Positions 17,953 through 27,254 of a DNA stretch of 64,000 bases are shown here, piece after piece. Both the position numbers and the translations under genes were made by a program. Source of the stretch: Desulfatiglandales bacterium. Lineage in GTDB: Bacteria > Desulfobacterota > DSM-4660 > Desulfatiglandales > Desulfatiglandaceae. Each line of letters opens with the position of its first letter. The first letter of the stretch is position 1. The notes beneath the pieces are model-generated. The model ran no database searches, had not been told where the DNA came from, and saw only the letters and a program-made list of their open reading frames with translations. The stretch is taken from contig OY759599.1 of assembly GCA_963662465.1 (NCBI GenBank), positions 7,328,001 to 7,392,000 of the forward strand. The letters are read 5' to 3'.

Positions 17953-19452
17953 ATGATTAATCTTCGCCATAAAAACCATCACCCGTCTTTTGCCAAAGAC
18001 CTTATTTACTATTTGCCATCGAAAATTATTCCCGCACTTTTTGGTTTTTTACTGATCATTGTATTGACCCATAGTTTAGCGCCAAGCGGATATGGGCGAT
18101 ATGCATTTTTTTTGGCGTTGGTTAGACTGATGGATACATTGCTATTTTCATGGCTTCGACAGTCCATTCTTCGATATTTGCAAGAATACAATGCCAAAGG
18201 TCTGGGTGCTGAGTTCGAAAGGGATGTTTCCAGCCTTTTTTTGGTGGTCCTAGGAATTGAGGCCGTTGTTAGTTTAGCGATGATACCCGTGATGCGTATT
18301 TCTTTTGATGACGCTTTATTGATTATTGGGCTGTTTTTTCCTATTACAACTTTTGGATATTTATCGACTTTTTGCCAGGCGAAGCGGTTATCCGCTTTTT
18401 ACTCCGTGTCGAGTGTGATTCAGAGTGGGGTCCAAATGCTGTGGGTAATATGTTTTGTTTATATTGCTCGCAAAGGATACCAGTTTGCCCTTTTGGCCAT
18501 CGGGGTAGGATATCTTTCGGGGGTAATTTATTTGATTGTAAAGGGAGTTCGCCCGGGGAAATTTGCATTGCATTTTTTTTTCTCCAAGGTGAAAAGAGGC
18601 CTATACAAAGCACTTTTTGCCTATGGTCTTCCCATGGCGGGATGGCTTTTAGCATTTCAGCTCATTTTTCAGAGCAATCGAATCTTTTTAGAAAAATTTC
18701 GCTCTGCAACCGAGGTCGGTCTTTTTGCTTCTGCCTACGATCTGATAAATGGGTCGCTCAGCTTATTGATGACGCCATTTTTGTTGGCTACCCACCCAGT
18801 AGTGATGCAGCTATGGGCAAAAGACCGAGATAAAATTGGCATAGAGAGACTGCTTGAAAGAGTGTCGAGGTATCTTCTGCTTTTCTTTGTACCGGTTTTT
18901 TTCTTTATTTTGGTTTTCCAGGAGAAGACATTCGCAGTATTGGGCAAAGGGTATGGGGTTGTGGGGTGGGTTGTTCCCATTATGGTCTTAAGTTCCTTTA
19001 TTGCTCAGTTCTCAATGTATACTCACAAAGGTCTTGAAGTCATGGGGAGAACCAAAACGATGTTAACCGTAGGGGTTATGACCGTATTTTTTCATATTGT
19101 TTTGAGCTTTATTTTTGTGAAGGATTATGGCTATCCGGCGTGTGCAGTTATTTCCCTTGCTTCTTATTTATTCTATATTGTGATTATTTACGGGTTTTCA
19201 AAACGCTACATAAGGCTTCGAATTTCCTGCTCGTCATTATGTAAAATGTGTTTTACAGCGGGTATTTTATCGATTATGATGAAATATGGCGGCATATCCG
19301 GTTGGGCTTGCAAAGGAATATTGGAAACCTGCCTTGTGAGTGTGGTGTATGTGCTGATTTACGGGATGATTTTGCTTGTCATTGGCGAACTCTATGAAGA
19401 GAAGCGGAGTGTTGTAGCTTATTTTAAACGTTCGATTGTCAGAAAGGTTTAA
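17953..19452 (+). CDS. wzx: Polysaccharide flippase (Wzx/MOP family)
   Basis: About 14 TM segments; LTHSLAPSGYGRY, LFAYGLP, EVGLFASAY. Confidence 0.85.
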   Translation: MINLRHKNHHPSFAKDLIYYLPSKIIPALFGFLLIIVLTHSLAPSGYGRYAFFLALVRLMDTLLFSWLRQSILRYLQEYNAKGLGAEFERDVSSLFLVVLGIEAVVSLAMIPVMRISFDDALLIIGLFFPITTFGYLSTFCQAKRLSAFYSVSSVIQSGVQMLWVICFVYIARKGYQFALLAIGVGYLSGVIYLIVKGVRPGKFALHFFFSKVKRGLYKALFAYGLPMAGWLLAFQLIFQSNRIFLEKFRSATEVGLFASAYDLINGSLSLLMTPFLLATHPVVMQLWAKDRDKIGIERLLERVSRYLLLFFVPVFFFILVFQEKTFAVLGKGYGVVGWVVPIMVLSSFIAQFSMYTHKGLEVMGRTKTMLTVGVMTVFFHIVLSFIFVKDYGYPACAVISLASYLFYIVIIYGFSKRYIRLRISCSSLCKMCFTAGILSIMMKYGGISGWACKGILETCLVSVVYVLIYGMILLVIGELYEEKRSVVAYFKRSIVRKV

Positions 19453-19465
19453 AAAGTTTGCTATT

Positions 19466-20821
19466 ATGGATGTGGAATGGTTATTGAGCTTTGCGTCCTC
19501 GCTTTCTTTATTTTTTTTGGCGTGGTTTTTTCAGCGAATCTTTGGGAGTTGGCTTTCACCAAGTGCCTTTTTTGCAGGGTATTGGGCTGTTTGCTTGAGC
19601 GGCGCGTTGATTGTTGCACCTGAATTCGGTTTTTGGGTGCCGGCCGGTTGGGTTATTTTATGTTTCTGTACCGTTTTCGGCTTTGGCGAGGCATTGGTTT
19701 GTATGGTACTCAACCAAAAAAATGGGAAGTATTCAAAAATATCTACCGATGTTTATTGGATATTGCAGTGGGGAATGCCCATGTTGGTTATTTTGACGCT
19801 GGCAAGTTTTGCTTCATGTGTCATACTGATTATGGGGTCTTCCTATGCTTCAGAGGTATTTTCGCATCCCGGTAAACTCCTTGAGATCGGTCTTGAAAAC
19901 GCGAACAAACGGTATTTGTATCAGGAAACCAATCGGTTAGTTATTTTTGTTAATATGTTTATGTACTTGGGAGCGTTTACCGGGGGAGCCTGGGCTGCAA
20001 TGAAAAAGACATGGTGGGGCTTTTTTTTTGGCGGCGCTGTGTTGTTGCCCGGTTTGTTGCAGTCGCTACTGGTCAACGCGCGTACCGGAATGATGTGGCT
20101 TTTTATATTTTTTCTGGCTAGTTATTTGGCGGTCGCTGTTTTTAAAAATGAACATCGTATTTTTTTTACCCTGAAAAAGGGTTTTTTCAGTATTAGCATT
20201 GTCGTATTTTTTATCGCTTTGTTTTTTTCCCTCCAGTTAATTAGAGAAGGTGAGAACGCCTTTGAATCTGATGTTTCTCTAATAAAAACCAAAGTGTCCG
20301 TATGTTGTCCTCCGTACCTGTTTTCAAAGTGGTTACGCCAAAATTGGCATTCTGTTGAAGCTAGTTATGGGCTAAAAACATTTAATGGTTTTTTTTCACT
20401 GCTTGGCTTTCCTGATCCTCAAGCATTGGGATGGGAGGGGATAGAGATAGAAACGGCAGAAGGTGATTTTTCACCCAATGTGTATACGGCGTTTCGACAG
20501 CTCATTGAAGATTTTACGCTGCTCGGTTCATTTTTTTTCCTTTTTGCTTTGGGGGTTGCAACTGGAATTGCCTACCGAAGGGTGCTGATGGGCAAGTATT
20601 TCTGGTTTCCAATTCTTGCTTTATTTTACGCTGTAACTCTTGGAAGCTATTTATCAAACTGGCTTAATTATACATCCCTGTTGCTGGCCTGGGTGATGTT
20701 TTTTTGTGTAAATTGCTTTTTCTCCTTTTTGCCCTATTGTGTTACGCATGCCGAGGTTGAACCGAGGGTTGGTAAGGACCATAGTGTACTATGTACGAAT
20801 TGTAGTTGTGGGGGGGATTAA
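19466..20821 (+). CDS. wzy: Polysaccharide polymerase (Wzy-like)
   Basis: Multi-TM protein with NVYTAFRQLIEDF; adjacent to wzx. Confidence 0.75.
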   Translation: MDVEWLLSFASSLSLFFLAWFFQRIFGSWLSPSAFFAGYWAVCLSGALIVAPEFGFWVPAGWVILCFCTVFGFGEALVCMVLNQKNGKYSKISTDVYWILQWGMPMLVILTLASFASCVILIMGSSYASEVFSHPGKLLEIGLENANKRYLYQETNRLVIFVNMFMYLGAFTGGAWAAMKKTWWGFFFGGAVLLPGLLQSLLVNARTGMMWLFIFFLASYLAVAVFKNEHRIFFTLKKGFFSISIVVFFIALFFSLQLIREGENAFESDVSLIKTKVSVCCPPYLFSKWLRQNWHSVEASYGLKTFNGFFSLLGFPDPQALGWEGIEIETAEGDFSPNVYTAFRQLIEDFTLLGSFFFLFALGVATGIAYRRVLMGKYFWFPILALFYAVTLGSYLSNWLNYTSLLLAWVMFFCVNCFFSFLPYCVTHAEVEPRVGKDHSVLCTNCSCGGD

Positions 20822-20822
20822 A

Positions 20823-21977
20823 ATGAGACGGTTACTTTTTTCAACAGGGTTCCCTCCTTTAGTGGGGGGGGTGCCGAGTTTTATGTATGCAAGATGCTTG
20901 GCGCATCCCGAGGGCCTGGATGTTATGGCAGCGGCATGCGAAGGCAGTGCTGCTTTTGACCAACGGCAGCCGTTTAATACCTTCCGGTTTCGCTATTTTT
21001 TTCACCCTGTTTATTCTTTCCTGGGACCGCTCAAGCGTATCTCACAACTTCTTCGTGCAATGAAGGCTTTGACTGTTCGTTTTCGGGCGCAGCAATATGA
21101 TGTTGTCGAGGTCGTGACGTTTTTTCCTGGAGTGTTAGCAGCGCTTTTATTTCGAAAAAGACGGAAATTTTCATTGGTTTGTTTTGCTCATGGTGACGAT
21201 GTGCTGAGGCCGCAACGGTTTTGGTATTCAAAAAAAGTTTTTGCATGGGGTCTCAGGACGGTTGATTTGTTTGTTGCAAATAGCAGATACACAAGGAATT
21301 TATTGATCCATGCCGGTGTTTCATCCAATAGGATTGTTATCATCCACCCGCCTTTGGATTTTGCGCGTTTCAGAAGACGCGGCAATCCTCTATCCATCAA
21401 AGCTGCCTTGCCACCGCATGATTTGATGCTTTTAACCATATGCAGGTTAACGCCGAAGAAGGGGATAGACCGGATTATTCAACTTATGCCCAGCCTCAAA
21501 AAGCGTTTTCCAAATTTGTTGTACGTAGTTGGAGGAGAGGGAGAGGATCTGCCCCGCCTGAAGATGCTGGCGGATGATTATGATGTAAAGGAAAGCGTCG
21601 TTTTTGTGGGTAAGATTTCGGAAGATAAAATTGTTGATACTTATGTTTGTGCAGATGTTTTTGTTATGCTGACGCGTCCGATTCCTCGTGGGGACGCCGT
21701 AGAGGGTTTCGGTATCGTTTTTCTTGAGGCGGGTTCTCAGCGTGTTTCGGTCGTTGGCCCCAATATAGGGGGTAGTGGTGATGCAATTATCGATGGTGAG
21801 ACTGGTTACCTGGTTAATCCAAATGATTTGAATGAAATCAAAAGCCGTCTTGTGGCTTTGTTGGGTAACCCTGCGCTTCGAAAAAGTATGGGTGAGGCTG
21901 GAAGGAAACGTGCTTTTGTTGAATCCAATTGGCAACCTTTATTAAGCAACTCTTTTTTGAAAAATCGGCGTCGATGA
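20823..21977 (+). CDS. Glycosyltransferase family 4
   Basis: FPPLVGG, RLTPKKG, EGFGIVFLEAG. Confidence 0.92.
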   Translation: MRRLLFSTGFPPLVGGVPSFMYARCLAHPEGLDVMAAACEGSAAFDQRQPFNTFRFRYFFHPVYSFLGPLKRISQLLRAMKALTVRFRAQQYDVVEVVTFFPGVLAALLFRKRRKFSLVCFAHGDDVLRPQRFWYSKKVFAWGLRTVDLFVANSRYTRNLLIHAGVSSNRIVIIHPPLDFARFRRRGNPLSIKAALPPHDLMLLTICRLTPKKGIDRIIQLMPSLKKRFPNLLYVVGGEGEDLPRLKMLADDYDVKESVVFVGKISEDKIVDTYVCADVFVMLTRPIPRGDAVEGFGIVFLEAGSQRVSVVGPNIGGSGDAIIDGETGYLVNPNDLNEIKSRLVALLGNPALRKSMGEAGRKRAFVESNWQPLLSNSFLKNRRR

Positions 21978-22065
21978 TTTTTCATGATTGATTTTGACGA
22001 CAAAGGTTCCGAAACCCAACATTCACAACGATAAAAACGGGGTTATTGTACGCTATGGTTCACTT

Positions 22066-23286
22066 ATGAATATTCTATATATCCATCAGTATTTCTGTAC
22101 GCCGGCAGCGGGGGGCGGCGTTAGAAGTTATGAATTTGCTAAGCGATGGGTTAAATTAGGCCATCATGTTAGCGTCATAACGAGTATTGGTTACGATGAA
22201 TCTTTGAAACCGCATAAAACAGTAACCATTGATGGGATTCGTGTAACGACCATTGGGGGTAAGTATTCTCCGTACATGGGTTTTGTAAGGAGAATCGTGT
22301 CGTTTTGTTTCTTTGCCCTTCATTCTTGTGGAATTGCGGCAAAAGCAAGACATTATGATGTCGTTTTGGCGACGAGTACTCCCCTGACGGTAGCATTTCC
22401 GGCGATTATCGCAAGAATTTTTGCAAAAAGAACCACAGTGTTTGAGGTTCGTGATGTTTGGCCTGATGCAGCTATCGAGGCAGGCGTGTTGAAAAATCAT
22501 CTGATCATTTTATTAGCGAGGTTACTTGAAAAATTGGCTTATCGCTACTGCGATCATATTGTGCCGCTCTCAACGGGAATGTTGAATAGGATTAAGAATA
22601 AAGGGATTCCCGCAAACAAAATGACGGTTCTCTCGAATTGTTCTGATATGGATAGATTTGATCCGGAAAAATATGACAGATGTACTTTAAGAAGAAATTT
22701 TGGCGTCGCCGATCACTTTGTATTACTGTATTTGGGCGCTATTGGTCTTACAAACGATATGCCGTTTCTTGCAAAGGCAATGGAGGCTTTGAAAGGCGAC
22801 GATCGTATTGTTTGGTGGTTTGTGGGTGATGGCAATCGTCTTGATTATTTAATTGAAAAGGTGCGGTGTTTAGCGGTTCCCAATGTTCATTTTTTTGGAA
22901 AAGTAGCTAAATCAGAGGTGACAAAATATGTGAGTGCGTCAGATATTGGAATTGTTTCTTTTATAAATAAGCCGGTTTACTACGAAAATTCTCCGAACAA
23001 ATTTTTTGACTATTGTGCCGGAGGTTTGCCGTCCATTTTTACACGAACTACTTGGCTATCCCCCTATCTTTCCCATTATGGTGCTGGTTTTGTTTGTGAA
23101 AATAATGATATCGAAGAACTGTGTAAATTTATCCGCATGTTGCGGAACGACCCAGGCTTGTGTAAAAAAATGGGGAGCAATGCAAGAAAACTGGCACACA
23201 AGGAGTTTTCCCGAGATGTCATTTCAAATCGGTATCTTTCTTTGCTCAAAGGATTGAGTTCAGAAAAAAAAAGATCATCCGATTAA
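22066..23286 (+). CDS. Glycosyltransferase family 4 (WbuB-like)
   Basis: MNILYIHQYF, FEVRDVWPD, SPNKFFDY. Confidence 0.92.
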   Translation: MNILYIHQYFCTPAAGGGVRSYEFAKRWVKLGHHVSVITSIGYDESLKPHKTVTIDGIRVTTIGGKYSPYMGFVRRIVSFCFFALHSCGIAAKARHYDVVLATSTPLTVAFPAIIARIFAKRTTVFEVRDVWPDAAIEAGVLKNHLIILLARLLEKLAYRYCDHIVPLSTGMLNRIKNKGIPANKMTVLSNCSDMDRFDPEKYDRCTLRRNFGVADHFVLLYLGAIGLTNDMPFLAKAMEALKGDDRIVWWFVGDGNRLDYLIEKVRCLAVPNVHFFGKVAKSEVTKYVSASDIGIVSFINKPVYYENSPNKFFDYCAGGLPSIFTRTTWLSPYLSHYGAGFVCENNDIEELCKFIRMLRNDPGLCKKMGSNARKLAHKEFSRDVISNRYLSLLKGLSSEKKRSSD

Positions 23287-23421
23287 CCGGCGTTTTACCT
23301 GCTGAAGGGGCTTTATATTGTGTTTGAAATTTCCTAGTGGTACATGAATGCCAAAAAGAATCAAAAAGCTGATCTTTTATAGAATCTCAAAAATTTCTAC
23401 GGACGGCCTTAAATTTTTCCT

Positions 23422-24015
23422 ATGAAACGTTTCTTTGATATTCTTTTAGCATTTGCGGCTTCCGTTGTATTATTGCCTCTCATTGTTTGTACGTATCTGA
23501 CCATACTTCTTACCATGGGCCAGCCTGTTTTTTTCCGTCAGACCAGACCTGGATTGCAAGGCAAGCTCTTTTCTTTAATCAAGTTTCGAACGATGTCCAA
23601 CGCACGTGATCAGAACGGTGAAGTTCTTCTTGATGAGCAGCGCTTAAATGGATTGGGACGTGTACTCAGAGCCATATCTATAGATGAATTGCCCGAGCTT
23701 ATAAATGTGTTTAAAGGTGACATGAGCATTGTAGGCCCAAGGCCGTTGTTGACGCAATACCTGGACCGGTATACACAGGAGCAGGCCCGCCGGCATGAAG
23801 TAAAGCCTGGACTGACGGGGTGGGCGCAGGTGAACGGTAGGAACTCTCTTAGCTGGGACGATAAATTTAAGCTAGATGTTTGGTATGTGGATAACTGGTC
23901 GTTCCGATTGGATTTGAGGATTATCGGGATGACCCTTCGGATCGCACTGAGGCGGGAAGGGATCAGCGCTGAAGGGGAAGCGACGATGTCCGAGTTTATG
24001 GGCTCTCAAGGATAG
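23422..24015 (+). CDS. Undecaprenyl-phosphate sugar phosphotransferase (PglC-like, Bac_transf)
   Basis: KRFFD, KFRTM, DELPEL, GDMSIVGPRP, PGLTGWAQVNGR. Confidence 0.95.
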   Translation: MKRFFDILLAFAASVVLLPLIVCTYLTILLTMGQPVFFRQTRPGLQGKLFSLIKFRTMSNARDQNGEVLLDEQRLNGLGRVLRAISIDELPELINVFKGDMSIVGPRPLLTQYLDRYTQEQARRHEVKPGLTGWAQVNGRNSLSWDDKFKLDVWYVDNWSFRLDLRIIGMTLRIALRREGISAEGEATMSEFMGSQG

Positions 24016-24071
24016 GCACTCCTGAGTTGTGAACAGACTGTTATCTCGGCGTTTTTGTGTGAGGTTGAACA

Positions 24072-24461
24072 ATGGTTGAGAGATTTGACGGCTGGAAATT
24101 TCCTGAGATTGAAGAGGGGAAGCCAACAAAATACAATTGGGTCGTCCAACATAAAAGCAATTTGAGGCTTGGATGCAAAACAGATATCGGGGCGTTTACG
24201 TACATCAACGCAAAGTTTGGGGTGACCATCGAAGATGAGGTGCAGATCGGTTCGCACTGCTCAATCTATTCGGTCTCAACGATTGATGATAAGGTTGGGG
24301 AAGTGGTGCTGAAAAAAAAATGCAGGGTTGGAACCCATAGCACGGTTATGCCGGGTGTGACGGTGGGAGAGAATGCTGTGGTTGGGGCGCATAGTTTTGT
24401 GAATAGAGATGTACCGGATGGGGCGACGGTGGTGGGGGTACCGGCGAAACGAATTAGATGA
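24072..24461 (+). CDS. Hexapeptide-repeat acyltransferase
   Basis: Left-handed beta-helix repeats (VTVGENAVVGAHSFV) ending VGVPAK. Confidence 0.88.
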   Translation: MVERFDGWKFPEIEEGKPTKYNWVVQHKSNLRLGCKTDIGAFTYINAKFGVTIEDEVQIGSHCSIYSVSTIDDKVGEVVLKKKCRVGTHSTVMPGVTVGENAVVGAHSFVNRDVPDGATVVGVPAKRIR

Positions 24462-24801
24462 CACCTGAATACATATTTTATGATATGTACCGTTCGTAAA
24501 TCTTTAAGATTTTTAGGACGTTGAAGGTTTTCTAATACCGGAAAACTTTTGTTCAGGTACTTATGCCTCCCTTTGCCCAGGTTGTCTGCGAAAATGGCGC
24601 CCACTTTGTGGTCGAGATCAATAAATTTCAAGTTCAGGTCTCTAAACCGGCGGCGCTGGAGTAGAAAAGGGATTTGCCGGATATGACCACTGTCTACTTG
24701 CAATTGCTCCCCCATGTGACGAATCTATCCGAAAAATAATTTTCGGTTCATTTCCTTTTCAAAATCGATGTATTATATTGATCCAAAGGAGGAATTTAAC
24801 C

Positions 24802-25619
24802 ATGTGGAAAAGATTCGAAGGACTCATTCAGGCTGAGTATAAATTTTTTGAAACTTTTTTTCCGTCTCAGCAAACCGGACGGGGCAGACTGTACGCTGAA
24901 TTTATCAAAGTACTGAATACGATCATCTGGATTTTACTTAACGGAGCCAAATGGATTAATGTTCCAAAAGGCGGCGAGGAGTGGGCTCCCAAATCCACAG
25001 CTTATGACTGGCTCGGTAAATGGCAGGCTGACGGAACTTGGGAAAAGATACTATTCCACATAGTCGCTATTGCCGAATCAGCCGGGTTGATCAACTGGGA
25101 ACGTGCTTCCGTAGACGGTGCTTTTGTGGCGGGTAAGGGAGGGGAGGCGGTGAAGATGTGCAACACGGTTTCAAAGGCAAGGGACTTACCCTCCACTGTC
25201 TTATTGACGGAAATGGTATGCCGTTTGGTCTGAAATCAACCGGTGCTGCGGCAGGTGAACGGAAACAGGTCGGAATACTGCTGGATTACGCAAATGTCCG
25301 GACAGGTAAGGTCGGAAGACCCAGAAAACGGCCCGGTGAATTGCAAGCAGATAAGGGATATGATTCCCGTACTCTGAGAAACGCCATCCGCAAGCGGGGA
25401 ATCAGACCGATGATATCCCGCCGATCGTGGCTGGACAGGAAAGCTCCCAAAGGGAGACCGCCTAACGAACCGATTGACAGATGGAAAGTGGAGCGTACCT
25501 TTGCATGGTTGCAGAAGAAGTGTCGTCGCCTGGTTGTGCGTTGGGAGCGAAAAAATCAGTATTGGCTCGGCTTTGTTCTCGTCGCTTTATGTATGATGTG
25601 GATAGAAAAAATTTTGTAA
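24802..25619 (+). CDS. IS5-family transposase in two ORFs (24802-25233, 25158-25619), -1 frameshift
   Basis: ILLNGAKW...W..DGTW, SVDG, ADKGYDS, RWKVERTFAWL. Overlap lies at AAGGGAGGGGA. Confidence 0.85.
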
Positions 25620-25628
25620 TAAATTCAG

Positions 25629-25874
25629 TCATGCCTATCCGGTTGACTTAGGGAACCACTATAGGTAGTAGTCCGTCCTTGTCGCGTTTTCCTGTTTTTG
25701 AGCGCGTATCTGCGGATGATTTCCGGTGTGGACCCATGCACCTGCTTCAAATTACTGACTATGAAGTGGACCATCGGAAGATACGCGGCGGTTTTTTCTC
25801 TTCGATGTGTGGAAAACTCGGGTATCACTCTACACTACCCACAGTGCCTTCTTGAGTCAACCGGATAGGCATGA
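25629..25874. mobile_element. 246-bp MITE (IS4-like ends)
   Basis: Perfect 20-bp TIR TCATGCCTATCCGGTTGACT; 7-bp direct repeat AATTCAG at 25622-25628 and 25875-25881. Confidence 0.85.
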
Positions 25875-25906
25875 AATTCAGAATGTACGATTTTTCGGAT
25901 AGATTC

Positions 25907-27187
25907 ATGAAAAACAAAAGACTGTTTCTTTCGCCGCCTCACATGGGTGGGGAGGAACTTATATTCATCAAAGAAGCGTTTGAAAGCAATTACATTGCGC
26001 CTCTGGGGCCCATGGTCAATGCTTTTGAAAAAGAGTTTTCAGAATTTGTCGGCATCAAGCATTGTGCGGCGGTCTCCAGTGGGACCGCCGCAATGCATTT
26101 GGGGCTCAGGCATTTGGGGGTGGGGCCAGGGGATGAGGTGCTGGCTTCAACCCTGACCTTTATCGGGAGTGTGACGCCGGTGGTGTTTGAGGGGGCGACT
26201 CCGGTGTTTATTGATTGCGACCGGGAAAGCTGGAATATGAATGTGGGGTTGCTGGAGGCGGAACTGGAAAGGTGTGCGGCAAATGGGAAACTGCCTAAAG
26301 CGGTTATTCCGACGGATCTGTATGGGCAGTGTTGTGAGCTGGGGAGGATAGTGGAAATTTGCGATCGGTATGGGGTGCCGGTGGTTTGTGATTCCGCAGA
26401 GTCTCTAGGAGGACGATATCTCGCGCAAAGACGCAAAGACGCAAAGAACAGAAGACGGAAGACAGAGGACGGAGAACAGAGGACTGAAGACAGAGGACGG
26501 AGGTCCGGGGAGGTCTGGGGCCATGCTGGCGCGGGCGCACGTGCTGCGGTGTTTTCGTTTAACGGGAATAAGATTATGACCACGTCGGGTGGGGGGATGC
26601 TGGCTTCGGATGATGAGGATTTGATTTTACATGCTAAGAAGCTTGCCCAGCAGGCGAGAGAGGATTTTCCGCATTATGAGCATGTGGAGATTGGGTTTAA
26701 TTACCGGATGAGCAATGTGCTGGCGGCGATCGGGCGGGGGCAGCTTAGGGTGATTGAGGAGCGGGTTCGGAGGAAAAGGGAGATATTTGATTATTATAAG
26801 GCGGCTTTGGGGGATTTGCCGGGGATTGAATTCATGTCGGAACCGGAGTGGTCGCGAGCCAATCGGTGGTTGACGGTGGTGCTGATTACGCCGGAAGCGT
26901 TTGGGGTGGATCGGGAACAGGTGCGGTTGGCGCTGGAGGGGGAGAATATTGAGGCGAGGCCGGTGTGGAAGCCGATGCATATGCAGCCGGTGTTCGACTG
27001 CGGAGGCCAGAGATCAGAGGTCAGAGGTCAGCAGGGAAAACAGCGATATCACTCTAGGGTAGTGGGTGGGCAGGTGGCGGAGGATTTGTTTGACAGGGGA
27101 TTGTGTTTGACTTCAGGGACGTCTATGGGGAATGAGGACTTGGATAAAGTGATTGAAACGATTTTGAATTCTCGCGCAAAGGTCTAG
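25907..27187 (+). CDS. DegT-family (PglE-like) sugar aminotransferase with two repeat-derived in-frame insertions
   Basis: LFLSPPHM, SSGTAAMHL, FSFNGNKIMTTSGGG, GFNYRMSN, RPVWKPMH. Confidence 0.93.
   Translation: MKNKRLFLSPPHMGGEELIFIKEAFESNYIAPLGPMVNAFEKEFSEFVGIKHCAAVSSGTAAMHLGLRHLGVGPGDEVLASTLTFIGSVTPVVFEGATPVFIDCDRESWNMNVGLLEAELERCAANGKLPKAVIPTDLYGQCCELGRIVEICDRYGVPVVCDSAESLGGRYLAQRRKDAKNRRRKTEDGEQRTEDRGRRSGEVWGHAGAGARAAVFSFNGNKIMTTSGGGMLASDDEDLILHAKKLAQQAREDFPHYEHVEIGFNYRMSNVLAAIGRGQLRVIEERVRRKREIFDYYKAALGDLPGIEFMSEPEWSRANRWLTVVLITPEAFGVDREQVRLALEGENIEARPVWKPMHMQPVFDCGGQRSEVRGQQGKQRYHSRVVGGQVAEDLFDRGLCLTSGTSMGNEDLDKVIETILNSRAKV
26424..26503 (+). repeat. CGCAAAGA x3 followed by 8 degenerate heptamers (consensus ACRGARG) inside the CDS
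   Basis: acagaag acggaag acagagg acggaga acagagg actgaag acagagg acggagg. Confidence 0.85.
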
Positions 27188-27254
27188 GAGTGAATAAAAA
27201 TGAGACAGGGAAGATTTCGAAATTGAATATGCAACCAGGGTTTGAACAGGGAAG

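Larger units (their letters stand above)
24721..25906 (+). mobile_element. IS5-family (IS427-like) insertion sequence containing a MITE
   Basis: Perfect 17-bp IR GAATCTATCCGAAAAAT (24721-24737 and 25890-25906); two-ORF transposase. No clear TSD. Confidence 0.85.

Noticed and set aside
20864..20871. G8 tract (also G9 at 54492-54500) as a phase-variation switch
   Set aside because: The tracts are short, in frame and encode Gly-rich motifs; there is no evidence of variation without reads.
24266..24715. 149-aa minus-strand ORF
   Set aside because: Partly antisense to the acyltransferase with no recognisable domain; 24462-24720 remains unexplained.
25990..26980. Long antisense ORFs (197, 117 aa), likewise 28848-29381 and 10689-11282
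   Set aside because: Shadow ORFs of well-supported + strand genes.
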